DNA of 64,000 nucleotides from assembly GCA_963976765.1 (NCBI GenBank), contig CAXBME010000005.1:124001-188000 (forward strand). The letters are read 5' to 3'. The number at the start of each line of letters is the position of its first letter. Positions within the stretch are counted from its first letter, which is position 1. The translations under genes and the position numbers were made by a program. The notes beneath the pieces are model-generated. The model was given only the letters and a program-made list of their open reading frames with translations, did no database searches and was not told the DNA's origin. Source of the DNA: an uncultured Planctomycetaceae bacterium (lineage in GTDB: Bacteria; Planctomycetota; Planctomycetia; Planctomycetales; Planctomycetaceae). Positions 37,964 through 50,700 of this stretch are shown here, in pieces.

Positions 37964-39712
37964 CTATCCTTCGCGGCCAAACGTCATGATCGTAATGTCG
38001 TCGTTCTGAGCGCGGCCGTTAGCATGACGACGAACATCGGCCAACAGAATTTTGCCAAGTTCTTCCGGGTCGCGCGGGCTCTTCGAAATCAATTCCCGCA
38101 TTCGCTCAAGAGTGTACAGCTCGCCGTCCGGATTCATGGCTTCGTCAACGCCGTCCGTAAACAGCACGACCGTTTCGCCGGCATTGATGACGCGTTTCTC
38201 GACTTCGTACGGATAATCTTCCATGACTCCGATGGGCAGTCCGATCGAGTCTTCAGGAAACTCATCGATCGAACCGTCCGGCTTCAGAATCATCGGCGAC
38301 ATGTGTCCCGCATTGACCAGTTGAATTTCGTTTGTATTCACGTCGAGCAGCACGAAGTTATAGGTAACGAATCGTCCTTCAGCAGCGTTGGCGCACATGT
38401 GCGTGTTGATGGCGTTGACCGCTTCCAGCGGATCGTGCGTGAATTGCAGCGTACTCTGCACGCAGCTCGACATGCGTGACATAATGATGGCACCGGGAAC
38501 GCCCTTGCCTGAGATGTCACCGAACGAAAGAACGTACTTGCCATCGCCCAGGTCGAAGGCATCATAGTAGTCGCCGCCGACTGCCTGCGCGGAATCGTAC
38601 GACGCGTAAAACTTCCAGCCAGCGGGCTGCGGCAGCGTATCAGGAAGCAGCGCCTGCTGAACTCCCTGCGCGATATTCATTTCGCCGTCCTGTTTCTGTT
38701 TTTCAAGGAAGACTTTCATAAGCCGCGCGTTCTCGTACGTCAGTGCGGCCTGGCCGGCGATGGTCATCAGCAGGTCGAGATCTTCGCTCGTAAACTGAGT
38801 GACCGGGTTCATCGTGTCGATATTGATCAGCCCGATCGGTTCGTTTTCTTTGTCGAGCAGCGGCACGCACATCATCGAGCGGATGGCGAGATTTGAGATC
38901 GACTCAGAAGCGTCAAACTGATCGTCGTTCGCCGCGTCGGCCGACAGGATTCCAGCTTTCTCTTCGATGACTTTCTTCACGATGGTTCGCGATAGGCGGA
39001 CGGTGGAGTCTTCGCCTTCGCGGCGGTGCTTGAACGCTCGCGGAACCATTTGTCCGCCCTTCTCGGGATCTTTCAGCAGGACGCAACCACGGTCGGCGTG
39101 TGGGAAGACTCGGAACAGCGAGTCAAGGATCGCCGGCAGCATCCGGTTGAGATTCGTTTCGCCGCAAAGGCTCCGCGTGATATCGATGACTGCTTTCAGC
39201 TTTACTTCCGGCTGAACTTCCAGACCGCCGAAACCGCCAGCGGCACCACCACCGGCGAGCGTTCCCATGATTTCTGCTTCGTCGTCGTCTTCGTCCGAAT
39301 AGTTGACGGTGGCTCCAAAGTCGTCGCCCGCTCCGAAATCATCGCCGCCTGCGGGAATTCGAGGTGCTGCGGGAGCAGGCGCCGGCGCTGCTCTGGCAAC
39401 GGGGCGAGCCTCTTCACATTCGAACCTCAGCAGCATCGGTCCGAACTTGATTCGGTCTTCGTGATTGATTGGGTGCGGCTGTTCTTTTTCCAGTTGCGTG
39501 CCGTTGACGACCGTACCGTTTCCGCTACCGAGATCTTCAATGTAGAACTGGCCGTCGCGTTTAGTAAAGCGCGCGTGTCTGCGCGAGACCGTGTTTGACT
39601 TCAGTTGGATTGTGCAATCGGGGTGGCGCCCAACAATTGTCTCGCCATCGCCAACGGGGTAAGGAATTGCCTGACCTTCCTGAAGTAATACAAGACTTGC
39701 CATGAGTTCCAT
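37964..39712 (-). CDS. FHA-GAF-SpoIIE (PP2C-type) protein phosphatase
   Basis: FHA GR.P.C.....VSR.HA, DLGS.NGT.VNG; GAF IRS.MCVPL; PP2C VGGDYYD, GDISGKG, NAGH, FTDG and DDIT. Confidence 0.93.
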   Translation of the reverse strand: MELMASLVLLQEGQAIPYPVGDGETIVGRHPDCTIQLKSNTVSRRHARFTKRDGQFYIEDLGSGNGTVVNGTQLEKEQPHPINHEDRIKFGPMLLRFECEEARPVARAAPAPAPAAPRIPAGGDDFGAGDDFGATVNYSDEDDDEAEIMGTLAGGGAAGGFGGLEVQPEVKLKAVIDITRSLCGETNLNRMLPAILDSLFRVFPHADRGCVLLKDPEKGGQMVPRAFKHRREGEDSTVRLSRTIVKKVIEEKAGILSADAANDDQFDASESISNLAIRSMMCVPLLDKENEPIGLINIDTMNPVTQFTSEDLDLLMTIAGQAALTYENARLMKVFLEKQKQDGEMNIAQGVQQALLPDTLPQPAGWKFYASYDSAQAVGGDYYDAFDLGDGKYVLSFGDISGKGVPGAIIMSRMSSCVQSTLQFTHDPLEAVNAINTHMCANAAEGRFVTYNFVLLDVNTNEIQLVNAGHMSPMILKPDGSIDEFPEDSIGLPIGVMEDYPYEVEKRVINAGETVVLFTDGVDEAMNPDGELYTLERMRELISKSPRDPEELGKILLADVRRHANGRAQNDDITIMTFGREG

Positions 39713-39835
39713 TCCCGCTTTGCGAAAGTGATGACCCGCACGTCCGACTTTCAGCCCGATCAGCCAGGCTATAGCCGTCCATCAAGTTTCGTTGTGCGTT
39801 GCTTCGTCAATTTTTCAGGTTGTGCGAACCAGATT

Positions 39836-41116
39836 TCACACATCAAATATTGTCTCGACGTTGCCTCGAAGATTCAGCTTGCCCAGTGCGATGGCCCGCT
39901 CTTCACTCCAGCCTCGATCGATTACAAAGTCGTTCGCCAGAACCTTCGCCAGAATTCGTCGATACATCGCAAATTTCGGAAGAGCGAATTCCAGTTTGTA
40001 CATGTCGCTGTAATAACCGACCTGTTTTGTCTGAGGTACGGCACTCAGTCGAGTTCGGCAGTCAAGTTCGATATGCGGCGGGATGTTCGAGTACCACCAG
40101 TGGCCATTGGTGACGACATTCGGAAAAATCCAGGCATAGCTGACCAGTTCCTGGTTACTCGTCTGAGCAAGCACGGAAACAGGAAACGTCACCTGCGGAA
40201 ACGCGTTGAAAAGTTCCTGATACTGAATCAGCGAAACCCGCGAGTCATACAAGTCCTGTCCCTGGAAGACGCCAGCCGGATAGACCCGGCGGTTAACTCC
40301 GATCATCAGGTCAAATGGTAGTTTGTACTCGTCACAGAACGTCGCGAGTGTCCAGAAGTTGAACTGGCTGAGCATCGCCGCTTCGTCCGGAGTCAGCTCA
40401 CGGCCAGAAAGCACGCTGGCCAGAATCGGCTCGATTTCGGAATCGGAAACGGCTGCCGGTGCAAACGTCGGCGGAATCGAGATCGCACAAGCCTTCGCGC
40501 CGTTCTTCGTGAAGTGTTCGAACAACTGGCCGATGGCGGCTCGCAACGATTCCGGATCGCTGACGTTCGAGCTGGTGGCTTTTTCGAGTCGCTCGCGAGT
40601 TTCCGGCTTCGTGAAATGAAAGACCAGATCGTCAGTTCGCAGACACGGCACGTAAAGAGAAGTGTCAAAGCCAGTCAGTGGATCGTCGAAGTCGTTGGTC
40701 AGGAAAACTTTTTCGAGGCCGCTCTGCTTCAGAACCTGCTGCTCCCAGTCCGGCTCGGCCATCTTTGCCGCAGCGTTGTCGTAAAGAGCTTCCCAGTTTG
40801 CGGTCGTAACGGCTTCGTCTTCAAAGCCGAAAAACTTCTGAGCCATCTCGACCAGCCAGCTCACCTGAACGGTGTTGTCGAGATCGCCCAGCTTTTCGAC
40901 CAGCCGACCGACCTTCTCTTTCGGGCTGATGCCGGGCTCTTCAATCTGCTCACGAGGCAGTCCGGCCGAATGAGCCAGCTCTGTGTAATAGTGATAACCC
41001 ATGATGTCGGCGAGCGTTTCGGAAGCGGCCGCGTGAGGGTTGATATGTGTGTGCGGATCGATCAGGACGAGCGAGTCGAGCTCTGCCTGGATGGTTTGAA
41101 CAAGCTTACTGGACAC
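39836..41116 (-). CDS. Amidohydrolase-superfamily protein, uronate (glucuronate) isomerase-like
   Basis: IDPHTH metal site, YHY..EL.S, TND..D, R.D, GHWWY and YSD.YKLE. GTG start inferred. Confidence 0.75.
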   Translation of the reverse strand: MSSKLVQTIQAELDSLVLIDPHTHINPHAAASETLADIMGYHYYTELAHSAGLPREQIEEPGISPKEKVGRLVEKLGDLDNTVQVSWLVEMAQKFFGFEDEAVTTANWEALYDNAAAKMAEPDWEQQVLKQSGLEKVFLTNDFDDPLTGFDTSLYVPCLRTDDLVFHFTKPETRERLEKATSSNVSDPESLRAAIGQLFEHFTKNGAKACAISIPPTFAPAAVSDSEIEPILASVLSGRELTPDEAAMLSQFNFWTLATFCDEYKLPFDLMIGVNRRVYPAGVFQGQDLYDSRVSLIQYQELFNAFPQVTFPVSVLAQTSNQELVSYAWIFPNVVTNGHWWYSNIPPHIELDCRTRLSAVPQTKQVGYYSDMYKLEFALPKFAMYRRILAKVLANDFVIDRGWSEERAIALGKLNLRGNVETIFDV

Positions 41117-41708
41117 AGAAAATCCTGCTGGAAAAGGTCGAAACTCTGAAGAGCGAATCCCGAAAACGGCTGTCAGGATCCAGCATCTCGATGCTGAGGC
41201 CAGAAGGGCGGCGAGCACTCACTCTCAATTCTCATCACGAATTAACAAAACATGTCGCTTTACTGATTCGAGCCGCCAGTTTGGCGGGTTCCCGATGGTG
41301 AATCAAGTATCACAGAAACGCGACGTTTTCACGCCTCTGACAATATCCGGCAACTTTCAAACAGCGATGCGAGTAATTGCGGACGTGGCAATGTCGTGGC
41401 GTTTGCGAGACGCCGCCGCAGCCAATTTCTGGCTGGCCGCTCACTCATCCCCCAATCTGGTCGCCGAGTCGTTCAGTCCTGCCAGCAGGGCACTTCTCAG
41501 CAACAACGATTGCTTCATTCTGTTCCGCCCGGCCTGCTTCAATGCCGGAAGTTTTCTCACCCGCTATCATCGAGGTGCCGTGCTGACTGTTGAGCAGAGT
41601 TCTTCGAGTCGGTCAGTCAACGATTAACCAGCGTGCTGAGTTGACGTTTCGAGTTATGATTTTCAAAAACCCAAACGAACCATCGTTGCAGGATGGCTTT
41701 CTCGATTC

Positions 41709-44126
41709 ATGAAGAACTTCCTCGAATGGTATTTCGGCGTTCCACCCGCTCAGCCGGGGCAAGGAACGCAGTGGAGCTGGCTGTACCAGACTCCGTGGCC
41801 ATCGGGGATGCCACAATGGAGCGTTCTGCTTGCCGCCGTTTCACTCCTGCTTTACGTCTGGTGGATCTACCGTCGCGACGCCAGTTCGGCTTCGCGAATC
41901 AATCGTTTCGGACTGGTCGCGCTACGGCTGGCGGTGATCGGCATCGTGCTTGTCGTTTTGTCAGAGATCACTCTGGTCGTCGACAGAACCGGGCTGCCGT
42001 TTATTGCGGTCCTGCTGGACGATTCGTCCAGTATGGGACTCGAAGATCAATACTCGAGTCCCAGTGACAAGTCTGCCGCGAAGTCATTTGCGAGCGTCAG
42101 CGGCGTGGGAAGAGCGTCACGGCTGGCGATCGGCCAGGGAATTCTCACCGGCAACGATGGAGAGTTCCTCCAGGAACTGCAGAAGCGGCACCAGCTTCGA
42201 GTCTACCGTTTTTCCGAAACGGCCACCGCGATCGGCAACGTCGATGCCCAGTCCGGCAACAGGATCGAAGGACTGATCGAGGCGATCAGGAATCTGGAAC
42301 CGTCAGGCAGCGAGACTCGTCCGGCCACGGCGTTACGGAAAGTCCTGAACGATTTCCGAGGCACACTGCCGACGGCGATTGTTATTCTGTCCGACGGGAT
42401 TTCGAGCGTCGGCGACGTGGAGCGGCTTTCAAAGGCCAGTGGTATGGCGGCGCAACGTCTGGTGCCGCTTTACACCGTCGGTATCGGCAGCGCAGAAGCG
42501 ATGCACGATCTCAACCTGTATGACACGCTGGTCGACGAAGTCGCATTTGTGGGGGACCCGATCACGTTTACGGCGAAGTTGAAAGCGTTTGGCTTCAAGG
42601 GGAAGTCGGTCGAACTGGTGCTTCGGGAAAAATCGAGCCGCTCGCCGCTGGCGTCAAAGCAGGTGATTGCCGCGGACGACGGTCAGACTCTGCCGGTTGA
42701 AATTACATGGATCCCGGAAGAGGCTGGCGACTACGAGTTCGTCCTCGAAGTAACACCGAAGTCGACGGAAATTGATCGAACCAACAATGCCGAAATCAGA
42801 CAGGTCAGCGTTCGCGAAGGTCGTATTCGGGTTCTTCTGATCGACTCCGCGCCGCGATGGGAATTTCGAGAATTGAAAGTGCTGCTCGAACGCGAGCGAA
42901 CCATCGAGCTGCATACTGTCCTGCAGGATGCCGATCTTCAGTACGCCGATCAGGACGCAACCGCGCGGCCGCTGCGTGGACGTTTTCCCGTCAGCCGCGA
43001 CCAGCTTTTTGCCTACGACACGGTCATCTTCGGAGACGTCAACCTGCAGTATCTCAGCCCGTCAGTTCTGGAGAATCTATCAGACTTTGTCGGTGAAGCC
43101 GGTGGCGGACTGATCATGATCGCGGGTTCGCAGTTCAACCCCGTCGCTTATGACGGAACGTCGCTGGAAACTCTGCTGCCGATCGAGCTTGACGGTGTGA
43201 AAGTTCCGCCTGCAGGCGAGCCGATTGTCACCCCGTTCCAACCGCAGCTCACGCTGGAAGGTCAGAAAAGCACGCCAATCTTCCGCCTGAATGAGGATGA
43301 AAAAGTCAGCCGCGAAATCTGGAACGGTATGCCCGGGTTTTACTGGCTGGTTGAAGCGCCCACGATTAAACCCGGAGCGGTGGTCTTTGCCGAACACCCG
43401 ACCCGCCTGGGAGCCGAACGTCGACTTCCCGTTATTCTGATGCAGCGTTTTGGAGCCGGCAAAGTTATCTTCCACGCAACTGACGAAACGTGGTCGTGGC
43501 GTCGTCGAGTGGGAGACCTTTATTACGGACGCTACTGGGTGCAGGCGATTCGTTATCTCAGCCGCTCTCGGTTGCTCGGACAGTCGAAGTCGGCAGAGTT
43601 GAAATCAGATCGACTGGTTTACAACCGTGGCGACAAGGTGACGCTGCGGGTTCGATTCTTCAATGAGACAGAGATCCCAACTGGTGACGATCCGGTCGAA
43701 GTCGTTGTCGAACGGCGAGGCGCTGATACTCAGAAGGTGACTCTGTCGAAAGTCCCACAGGCTCCCAACGCGTTCGAAGGTCAACTCCGCCGGCCAGCCG
43801 AAGGCGCGTACCACGCCTGGATCGCTCGCCCGGACTTTTCCGAATCGCCACCGTCTGCTGACTTTCGAGTGGAAGCTCCGGACCGCGAATTGCGGATCCG
43901 AGGTCTCGATAAGGTCGAGCTTTCCGGAGCGGCTCGCAAGACCGGTGGAAAGTATTACAGCCTCGCCGCAGCCAGTTCGCTTCCTGGAGACATCCCGCGC
44001 GGCCGCCCCGTTCCTATTCAGTCGGAAGAACCAATTCGCCTCTGGGCCAGATGGGAAGTTCTGTTGCTGTTTGCACTGCTGCTGACGGCGGAGTGGCTGC
44101 TTCGAAAACGGCTTCGACTGGTCTGA
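41709..44126 (+). CDS. VWA + Ig-like + glutamine amidotransferase-like membrane protein
   Basis: MIDAS LLDDSSSM, T, ILSDG; E....NN; RVLLID..PRWEFR; GGGLIMIAG; FGAGKV; C-terminal LLTAEWLLRKR. Confidence 0.85.
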   Translation: MKNFLEWYFGVPPAQPGQGTQWSWLYQTPWPSGMPQWSVLLAAVSLLLYVWWIYRRDASSASRINRFGLVALRLAVIGIVLVVLSEITLVVDRTGLPFIAVLLDDSSSMGLEDQYSSPSDKSAAKSFASVSGVGRASRLAIGQGILTGNDGEFLQELQKRHQLRVYRFSETATAIGNVDAQSGNRIEGLIEAIRNLEPSGSETRPATALRKVLNDFRGTLPTAIVILSDGISSVGDVERLSKASGMAAQRLVPLYTVGIGSAEAMHDLNLYDTLVDEVAFVGDPITFTAKLKAFGFKGKSVELVLREKSSRSPLASKQVIAADDGQTLPVEITWIPEEAGDYEFVLEVTPKSTEIDRTNNAEIRQVSVREGRIRVLLIDSAPRWEFRELKVLLERERTIELHTVLQDADLQYADQDATARPLRGRFPVSRDQLFAYDTVIFGDVNLQYLSPSVLENLSDFVGEAGGGLIMIAGSQFNPVAYDGTSLETLLPIELDGVKVPPAGEPIVTPFQPQLTLEGQKSTPIFRLNEDEKVSREIWNGMPGFYWLVEAPTIKPGAVVFAEHPTRLGAERRLPVILMQRFGAGKVIFHATDETWSWRRRVGDLYYGRYWVQAIRYLSRSRLLGQSKSAELKSDRLVYNRGDKVTLRVRFFNETEIPTGDDPVEVVVERRGADTQKVTLSKVPQAPNAFEGQLRRPAEGAYHAWIARPDFSESPPSADFRVEAPDRELRIRGLDKVELSGAARKTGGKYYSLAAASSLPGDIPRGRPVPIQSEEPIRLWARWEVLLLFALLLTAEWLLRKRLRLV

Positions 44127-44786
44127 CTGCCGTCTCGATCAAGCATGCTGCGTGCTTCGCCGGTGTCGTCTGCTCTCAGTGCGAAGCTCAGGTCTGACAA
44201 CTAAGTGTCAAAACCCGTTCGAATTGCTGGGACGGCGTGTTTTTCTCAGCCGACTGTCCTGTCTCAATTACGTCGATAATTATTCAGAACAGATGGAGTC
44301 TTCAAAAACTGCCTCCATTTAACTACTTCAGCCCACGAACGGCCAAAATGTAACCAGGGCGGCAACTGCGAGTTTCTGGGCATCTGCCGTTTCGGTGATC
44401 CGATTGGCGGAACTCGTGAGCGGACGGCTTCATCCCATTGAAGATTCGCGGACCCTGCTTGATTCATCTGGCATGCCAAATCTGAAAAAGGCACACTTGG
44501 TGCGGGGGATGCGTCCCGGAACCGGCTGAACAGGTGGCATCGCCAGCGTGAATGCCTCGCCAGCTTACCTCAGACGTACAAACAGAGTTCTGCTCATTGT
44601 CCGAGTTGTCGTTGCCGATGCGAGACTTGTATCGGTGTGCAAAGCAGCTGATTCTTGATTGCTTCATTGTGCAACGGTCAAAATCGAATAGTTTTTCGCA
44701 GTCCCCCCAGACTACCAGGGCCATAGGTTTTTCCCTCCCGAAAATCTAAAGGTCACTCCAGTGGCCGGATTTTGAGGACTTGATTC

Positions 44787-47700
44787 ATGCGGCTCAGCCC
44801 GTGGCTTGCTCCACTGACAGATTCCCGATCCCGACTGGCGGACAAAGTTATCCGGCGGAAGGTGACTCGCCGTCGAAAATTCAATCAGCTGTCGCAGATG
44901 ACCGAGCGGCTCGAAGCTCGAACTCTGCTGACGTCGTTTACGGTCGACAGCTTTTTCGACACGGTCGATGACAACCCCGGCGACACCGTTGCGGCAGATG
45001 CCACCGGTCGAACGTCGCTGCGTGCGGCAATTATGGAAGCCAACGCGTCGGCTGGTTCGGACACGATCACGCTGGGCGGCGGGGTCTTCAACCTGTCGAT
45101 CGAGGGGACGGACGAGGACGCAGCTTTCACTGGCGACCTCGACATCACCGACAACCTGACGATCCAGGGGCAGTCGGCTCAGACAACGATCATCGACGCG
45201 CGAACGGTCGATCGGATCTTCGACGTCATGCCCGGAATCACTCTGCAACTCTTTAACGTAACGATCACCGGTGGAAACCTGGCTGGTCGTGGAGACGGTG
45301 GCGGTATCCGGGTCGACAGCGGAATGCTTCAGTTAAACAACGTTGTTGTGACCGGCAACCGAGCGTCGAACGGCGGCGGACTTCATAATAATCAGGGGCT
45401 GGTGTTTGTTACGAATTCGACATTCGCAGAAAACCGGGCGGAAGGAAATTTCGGATTCGCCGAAGGGGGGGCCATCAGTTCGTTCGGCGGCAACATGACG
45501 ATTCAACAAAGCACAATTAACGACAACTTTGCGCAAGCAGTTGGCGGCGGTGTGTCGGCAAACGCAGATACGGTGGGAGGGTCATTATCGATCGAATCCT
45601 CGACCATTGCTTACAACCACGCTGGAGAGATGCAGGGCAGCACCGGCGAAGGCGGTGGAATTTACATTCAAACTAACGTCAACGCGACGTTGCTGGCTTC
45701 CACCGTCGCGTACAACTTTGCCGGCAATCAGGGAGCCGGAATCTGGACCGACGGATCCCTGACAATGGAACGGACTCTCGTCAGTGATAATTTCGGCACT
45801 CCCGATGACGGACCTGAAGGATTCATCAGTGGCGGCACTGTTACTTCCAACGGGTTCAACCTTGTCCGAGAAGACACCGATTTCAATTTCACTCCGGCGA
45901 CCGGTGACCTGATCGGTACCTTTGCCAGTCCGGTCGATCCGAACCTGCTCGGTCTTGCCGATAACGGAGGCCCGACTCAGACGATTGCGCTGGGCGGAAT
46001 GAGCCCGGCCATTGATGCGGGGCCATCGTTTGCCTCCCCTCTGTTTTCTGACCAGCGTGGCTTTGCTCGTGAGCGTGACGGCGACCGCAACGGGTCAGTG
46101 ATTACCGACATCGGAGCCTTCGAAGTTCAATCTCCATTCGACGTCTTTGTCGACGACATCGGCGGCGGTGCGATCAGCGGAGGATTTGCTGGTGATTTTC
46201 AAGTGATCATGGATGGAGACGGCTTGACCGGCGGAGGCGGCGGAACGCCGAACGGCATCCTCGATTTCGGTGACATTGTCACATTCAACCCTGGTAGCCA
46301 GCCCGTCTCCAATCTGGAATTCGGTGTGCGGGCCTTTGGTACGATCAACGAGGCGCTGGCCGCCATTCGGTTCGACAGTGATTTCCTGACTGAAGTTGTG
46401 CTCGGGCCAGGCATCTACGCCGAGAATCTGACGCTTGATTTTTCTGGCCTGACGCTGCGAGGGCACACGGGCATCGCAGCTGATGTTGTGATTGACGGGG
46501 GCGGAGCAGCAACAGCGATCTCCGTTGTTGAAGATGCCGTTTCGCTGGACTCACTGCGAGTGACGAATGCCACTACCGGGATCGACGTTGCGCCATTCAG
46601 CTCGGCGCAGTTCTTTGATGCGCAAAACATTCAGGTGGACGGCACAACCAACGGTCTGATGGTTTTGGATTCGATCGGCTTCATGGATGTCTCGATTGAA
46701 AATTCAGTTTTTACCGGAAACACGGGAGACGGCGTCAACATCACCAATGTTGGAATGGCGATGCTGAAAAATGTTTCATCGACGTTCAACGGGCAGGACG
46801 GCGTTGAAATCATCGGCTCAACCATCGTTGCCCTGGATACGGTGACGGTCGACCAGAATTCAGGACGAGGTCTGGTGGTTGATGGTGCCGACTCGATTGC
46901 TGTGATGAATCCTCGAACTTCGGCAAGCGCAAACGGAAATGTATTCTCGAACTCGTCGACCATCCTGTTCAATGGCGTGACCGGCCCCGTTTCCAATTCT
47001 ACGACCATCACCGCGACAGAAATTAAGTTTGACGCTGGCGCCGGAGCCGTTCAGGAAGACATTAACCTGACGAATGTTGTTTCGTTGTTTGTGACCGGCG
47101 ACGAAGGCAATGACACGCTGACAGTCGATTACTCCACAGGAAGCCCGTCGCCCGGTCGCCAGTTGTTTCTCGACGGGGGGGCAGGGCGCGACGCGATCCA
47201 TTCCATCGCTGATACTAACCACCGTGTCACAGAGGCCCGTTTGACCATCGGCGGCATTGACGAGGTGGCGATCACGAGTTTTGAACAGGCATCACTGACC
47301 GGTGGCGCTGGAAACAACAACCTCGATGCCAGAGAGTTCTTTGGTCAGACCACGCTGTCCGGGCTCGCCGGCAACGATACGTTGCGAGGCTCGGCTGGTG
47401 ACGATGTCCTCGACGGCGGAGCAGGCGACGATATCCTGGGAACCGGGCCAACTCACGAACAGTACATCGTCGGGGGAACGACGTTCGAGAATCTGAACCT
47501 TTCCGACTCCGACACCGGCGTGATGACAATCCTGGACGAAACGGACACGGAAACGGCCACGATTCTGCTCGACTCGGACTTCTTCCGATTTAACGATGTG
47601 TCTTACGCAGGCAACGTGCTGTTTGTTACTCCGTCCGGCGCCATCTCTTTTGGCGGCCCAATCCTTCCGCAGGACAACTTCGACCTGAACAAGGCGCCTG

Positions 47701-50700
47701 AGGCCAACATCGGAATTCTCGCGCCGCTGTTTGACGACTGGGTGACCGGCCTCACCTCGCCACCAGGGCTCACGCTCCCCGACGCAAAGGTGCTCTACAA
47801 ATTTGAAGACACAAATGCGGACTTCATCAACGATCGTCTGATCATCGAATGGAACGAGGTCTACCACCGGGACCAGATCGACACATCGTCCACCCCGTTT
47901 CTTAAAGCCGGAGCGTCGCCGGTGACGTTCCAGTTGATTCTTGAACTGAACACGTTCGGCCGCGATGGCGACATCATTTTCAACTATGTAGACCTCGACA
48001 CCGGTGTGCCATTCAGTGCGATCGCCAACGGAGCAAGTGCCACGGTTGGCGGAAAAGACGCTGGCGACAATCCCAACACGATCGAGCAGGTCTCATTCAA
48101 CTCGCTGAACACGCTGATCGGAGGTGGCCAGGCAATTGTCGCTCGCAGCGGTGAAAGCGATGGCGACGATATTCTGATCGGCGGCAATGGTGACGACACA
48201 CTGTATTCTTCGTCCGGGCTGGACCTGGTCGATGGCGGAGCTGGTGCTAACGATCGGCTGATCTTCGATGGTTTGAAAAGCGAACAGCCCTCGGATCATG
48301 CGATCAATAACGCCGCTGTTGACTCGACGATCTTCTCTGGGCAGGGGCGGTCATTCGATTTCAAAACGAGCTACTCGAATATCGAAGCTCTCAACGTCGG
48401 CTTCGGTCCGGCTGACCAGAACGTGCTCGTCGAGCTAAGTGGCCTGCCCGCTGAAGTATCGCTGGATACTCGCGGGCCATCCGCTTCTGACAAGGTGACC
48501 ATCAACGGCACTGCCGGAAACGATGCCCTGACACTGTCTGGCGAAACGCTGACCGACGGAACGACAACGCTTAATCTGGCCGGCATCGAAGAACTGACTC
48601 TCGAAATCTCCAGTGGCGGTGCAGACACGATTTCGGTTGATCAGGACTTCACCGGCTCGGCCAGAACCGTCGTCGTCTCTGGTGACTCAGCCGACGATAC
48701 CGTTTCGTTGCAATCAACGACAAAGCCTCAGCAGGTCAATATTTTCAGCGTCGAAGGTTACATGACGCAGATTCAGGAAGTTCTCGGCGGCAATCTGAAT
48801 CTTGAAGAAATCCTGAGCGATGGAGGCGACGACGGCTCCGAAAACACTATCACCAATCAGCAGGCTCCGGATCAGGTTATTGTCAGTCCCGACGGCACTC
48901 GGGTCTACGTGGCCGCGTCGGAATCGGACAGTCTGGTCGTTTATAACCGCGATCGAGTGACCGGTGACCTGACGTTTGTCGAATCCCTCGTCAACCTGGA
49001 CACCGACTTTCTATCGAACCCGATTTCCGGCCTCGACGGTGCCAGCAACGTCATCGTGTCAGCCGACGGTCGATACGTGTATGTGGCCAGCGAGATGGAC
49101 CAGACGATCGCCTTTTTTGTTCGCCACGAAGGCGACAATCAGCTGACGTTTCTCTCGTCAACGGTTCTGGACAATGCGGGAAATCCGGTCAGCATCCCTT
49201 TACCTTCGGACATGGCCTTCACCCCTGACGGTTCGGTTCTGCTGGTCACCTCGGAAGCCGGAAACCGAGTCGACGTCTTTGAAGTCAGCCTGAATGGCGA
49301 CCTGACATTTCAAGCGTCACTCGTCGACGGCGGACAGGATTCCGGCAGGTCAACGATCGACGGAATTGCTGGTGCATCATCGGTCGCGATTTCGTCCGAC
49401 GGTCGTTCCATGTATGTCACCGGTGCGGTCGACAATGCCATCGCCGTGTTCAGCAGCCCGGGTGAAGGGCCCAACATGACCGGTTTCGGGCTGCCGCTGT
49501 TTGTGCAGAAACTGGCAAACGGAGACATGGACGGAGCCCTGAATCTTGTTTCCGGGCTTGGCGGTGCATCGTCGGTTGAAATCAGTCCGGACGGTCGACA
49601 CGTCTATGTAACCGGTGAATCGGACAATTCCATCGTCGTGTTTTCTCGCGACTCGAACACTGGCCAGCTGACGTTCGTCGAGGAGCTGGTTGACCTCGGG
49701 CTCGATTCAATGAGCAACACCGTCGAAAACCTGTCCGCTCCGGTTTCGGTTTCGGTCAGTCCAGACGGCACCATTGTTTACGTCGCCGCGTCAGACAGCA
49801 ATGCGGTGACAGTCTTCGCTCGCGATATTTTCACCGGCATGCTGACGTTCCTGGAAACTCTGGCTGACGGTGATTCTGACGGTGCCGGAACAACCGTCGC
49901 CGGAGTCAATGGTGCTTCCAGCGTCTTCGCGAGCGTCGATGGCCAGCACGTTTACGTTTCAGGAACTGGTGACGATGCCATCGTCCGGTTCAACGTTCCA
50001 CGACTGCTTGATGTTTCGACCGACGGATTTGCGAGCCTCTCGGTCGCGACTTCTGAATCCGATGACATGATTTCGCTGAGTCTCGACGGGCAACCGGCAA
50101 CGGTGACAATTGATGCTGGCGGAGACGGGAATGACAATGACTCAGTCACGATTCAGGGAACAAGTGCCGATGACACGGTCAACGTGAATGGCGAGACGGT
50201 AACATCCGGAAGCACCACGCTTTCGATAACAGGTACTGAAAACCTGAGCCTGTTCCTGGGTGACGGTGACGACTTAGTCAACGTGACGGCGTCGGCATCG
50301 GGACCAGAATCTTTCTTTGTCGATGGCGGCGATCAAACGGGCAGCGATGTCTTAAATATTGATGCCCAGACCGCCCAGGTGGCTGACATTGACTCAAGCC
50401 TTTCGTTCAGCGACGGCCAGCAGTCAGTCAGCTTCAGCGACTTCGAAACGCTCGCAATCACGAATGCAGCACCGACGATCAATGATGACACCTTTGCGAT
50501 TGCCGAGAATTCACCAGTCAGCACTTCGGTCGGAACCCCCTTCGCCTCGGATCCAGAATTCGGTGAAAGCCTGGTGTGGCGAATCGTGTCAGGAAATGCT
50601 GGCGACGCGTTCGCAATCAATTCATCAACCGGCGAGATCACTGTTAACGCAACTTTGGATTTCGAAATCCAGGGCACTTATGCTCTGATTGTCGAAGTCG

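Noticed and set aside
44480..44570. Possible c-di-GMP-I riboswitch upstream of the adhesin (AAAGGCACAC...GCCAGCTTACC)
   Set aside because: It lacks the GNRA-capped P2 stem and the GACGCAAA junction, so the resemblance is only at the ends. An Rfam search would settle it.
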